A stretch of 64,000 bases of DNA from Eledone cirrhosa (Eukaryota), in contig OZ024741.1 in assembly GCA_964016885.1 (NCBI GenBank), positions 56,296,001 through 56,360,000 of the forward strand, read 5' to 3'. The position numbers and the translations under genes are program-made. The notes beneath the pieces were generated by a model that saw only the letters and a list, made by a program, of their open reading frames with translations, made no database searches and was not told the DNA's origin. Positions 51,501-64,000 of this stretch are shown here, one piece after another. Positions within the stretch are counted from its first letter, which is position 1, and every line of letters begins with the position of its first letter.

Positions 51501-51863
51501 AGATTGTTTAGTTTACAACAAGGCTGTGAGGGACCTCTCTACTCTATGCAGTCTCCATTTTCTCACCATAACTTTTAGTGTCACATTGTTTGTACTGTGG
51601 GCATGGGAAAAATGGAAAACGACATGATTTTACTATATTTCATTCACTTTTTGTAATCACTTGACCTGCTATAAATAGCTGCTAAATATCCCCAAATCAC
51701 ACTCCACTATCTTTAAAATGTGAATGGCACACATTAGGCAATGTAGTTTTAGATTCACCCCCCCCCCCCCCCCAAATAAAAAAAAACATTTAAAAAAATG
51801 GACATAAAAACACTTCTAAAAATGATTTCTTTTCTGCTTCAATTGTAGATTGTGATAGTAAAG

Positions 51864-61584
<9,721 letters not shown>

Positions 61585-63115
61585 GTTAGTATGGCTTCCT
61601 TAACGTAGCAGTATTATCATGGGTAATATCAAGATGAACCATATACGTCCTACATAATGCCTCCTTAGCCTGACTAAAGAAAACATTGAGCACCTTATTG
61701 AAAAGAGGTAGTCCTGGTGGCACAAGAAAATGCACCCAACCCTTTATGTAAGGTGATAGTCACAATAAAATGCTCCCAGGATATGCTGTAACGTGGTTGG
61801 CGTTAAGGACATCCAGGCACAGAAACCAAATCCCAAATGGAGCTTATGAGCAGGATGTAGTCATCTAACCAGTGGGACATCAGTATTACAACCTGTTTAA
61901 CCCATGCAAACATGGAAAACAGGTGTTAAACAGTGATGATGATGATGATGTAGTTTTTATATTTACACACAAATGGTCCACTGCTGTCAATGATGATGGC
62001 AATAGCATTGAGCATATTTCACTTTTAGAGTCCAGGATTAGTATACCAACTACACTAAGATTGGTATGCCAACTACATCAGGATTAAGAATTGGTATGCT
62101 AACTACACCAGGAATGGTATGCCAACTACAACAGAATTGGTATGCCAACTACAGGATTACTGGATATATGAATAATCATAAAAACGGGGAATTTATGTTT
62201 TGATAAATTTATGGTTTGCATAAGAGAAGTCCTATAGTTTATGTAGAATACTGACACCTGGAACTGATTACAACAGATGAGAATGATATTTTGAAATTAT
62301 ATCTCGAGGATCATCATCACTGCTGTTTTACATTCATTTTTTAATGCTTGTATGGGTTGGGCAACAATATAATTACATAAATGTTAAGCTTATATGTACA
62401 AATGACATACATGATTAAAAATATGGGTAACTTTGTAGAAATACCTATTAGGGTTAGAAACCAGGACCTTGTGGCTGCAATAAGAAGTTCACTTTCCAAG
62501 TGATCTCATTGTAGCAACATGACAGATAAGAAATACATTGTGTGTGTGTTTGTAAATTGTAAAGAGTTACAGGTTGATACATATATATAATTATTAAGGT
62601 GGATTGGCAGTATCGGTAGAGGGTTGGGCGCCATGCTTTGAAGCATGGAGTTACCTCCCTTTATGATCTGAGTTCAAATCCCGCCGTGGTTAATTTTGCC
62701 TTTCATCCTTACGAGGTCGATAAAATAAAGTACCAGTAATGCACTGGGATAATTGCTGGCCTTGTGCCAAAAGTAGAAACAATTAAATTACTGTTCATAT
62801 TTTTATTATCGTTATGTATAAGAAAAACATCATCATTATTATTGTCAGGATATTACGGTGGATTGGCAGAATTGTTACCCCGTCCTACCCATGCTAGCGT
62901 GGAAGATGGATGTTAAACAATGATGATGATGATGTTAGACAAAATACCTTGTGGTATTTGTTCTGGCTCTTTACATTCTGAGTTCAAATCGCACTAAGAT
63001 CAACTTTGTCTTTCATCTTTCTGGGGTCGATAAAATAACTTTCCAGTCAAGTACTGGGGTTGATGTTATCAACTTTCCTTTCCCTCAACATTGCTGGCCT
63101 TGTGCCAAAATTAGA

Positions 63116-63146
<31 letters not shown>

Positions 63147-63524
63147 GTTGTTGGTGAAGCCACGCTTCTTATCGCCTCCAGTCTTTTTCAACGTTTTACC
63201 TCTTTTTCAACCGTTCTAAACCTTTTATTCAAGTTTTAAATTTGATAAAAGTTTAGAAGAAGTGACCCACCTAATACAGGGGTTCACTAGTAAATAATAC
63301 GGCACCCCTTTACGGGGTGTCGTATTCGTATTTGTGTAAAAATATTTTTTGAAAAATTTCAACATGGATAACACAAAAAAGAGAGAGAGCGCTGTCAGAC
63401 AACAGAGAGAGGGAGACTTTATCAGCATGTCAACAAGACAGCGTTCCAGCGGAGGTAAATATAAACGAAAATATTACAAAGGAAAAAAAGATTGTTACAG
63501 ATTTAAAATTACCAAATATTTCTA

Positions 63525-63650
63525 ACACAAACAACAGCAACAACATCACCAACAACATCACCAACAACAACACCAACAACAACACCAACAACAACACCAA
63601 TAATAACACCAACAATAACACCAACAATAACACCAACAACATCACTTAAT
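63525..63650. repeat. (CAA/CAC/AAT) compound microsatellite
   Basis: caccaacaacaa-type 12-mers. Confidence 0.9.
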
Positions 63651-64000
63651 AATAATGAAATTATTGTGTACAGTGCTCAGGTGCACTACAACTCATCAAA
63701 GGTGCATGTATAGTACATAGAATAATGTACAAATGTCAGGAAAATAAACAGTGTATGAGTCATGATATAATAACAATAACAATAATGAAATATTGTGCAC
63801 AGTGCCCAGGTGCACCACAACCCATCAAAAAAGTGCATGTACAGTACATAGGGCAATGCACAAACATCAGTAAAATGAACAGTGCACGAGTCATGATACA
63901 CACGTGTGCATGTGTATGGAAGGGGCACATCAGGTGTAGTTTTGGCGTATTTCGGGAAGCATGAGTGTCTTAAAGGATGCAGTGTCTCGGCAGCTAACAA

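Noticed and set aside
62036-62158. About five short repeats with palindromic core TTGGTATGCCAA, superficially CRISPR-like
   Set aside because: There are no unique spacers of regular length and no cas genes; it is a degenerate minisatellite in a eukaryotic intron.
63430-63645. Leu/Val-rich hydrophobic ORF
   Set aside because: It is a translation of a trinucleotide-based microsatellite.
63650-64000. Duplicated ~75 bp block and possible LINE 3' end on the minus strand
   Set aside because: It is cut by the window edge and shows no diagnostic motif for classification.

Overview
AT-rich, repeat-dense eukaryotic genomic DNA. The SINE/LINE complement and gene sequences suggest a mollusc, probably an octopus (inference). 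Two spliced genes lie head-to-head. The 5' part of TRRAP is on the minus strand: 22 coding exons from ATG 34502 to 79, giving 860 codons in one continuous frame and running off the left edge, with one GC-AG intron. The 5' part of SMARCAL1 is on the plus strand: 6 coding exons from ATG 51864 to 61584, giving 349 codons with the RPA-binding N-terminus, one HARP domain and SNF2 motifs I-II. A candidate shared promoter motif cluster lies near 40.1-40.2 kb. Introns and the spacer hold a near-full-length RTE LINE with a PHD-like finger, decayed RTE, L2 and CRE-type LINEs, a mariner relic, non-autonomous Helitrons, TTAA MITEs and several SINE families. The most unusual signal is a set of short elements beside (TA)n runs that carry type-I hammerhead ribozyme cores. 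Several have long stem II inserts, and three sit in long inverted repeats; they probably derive from Penelope-like elements. All calls were made by eye; no searches or folding programs were run.
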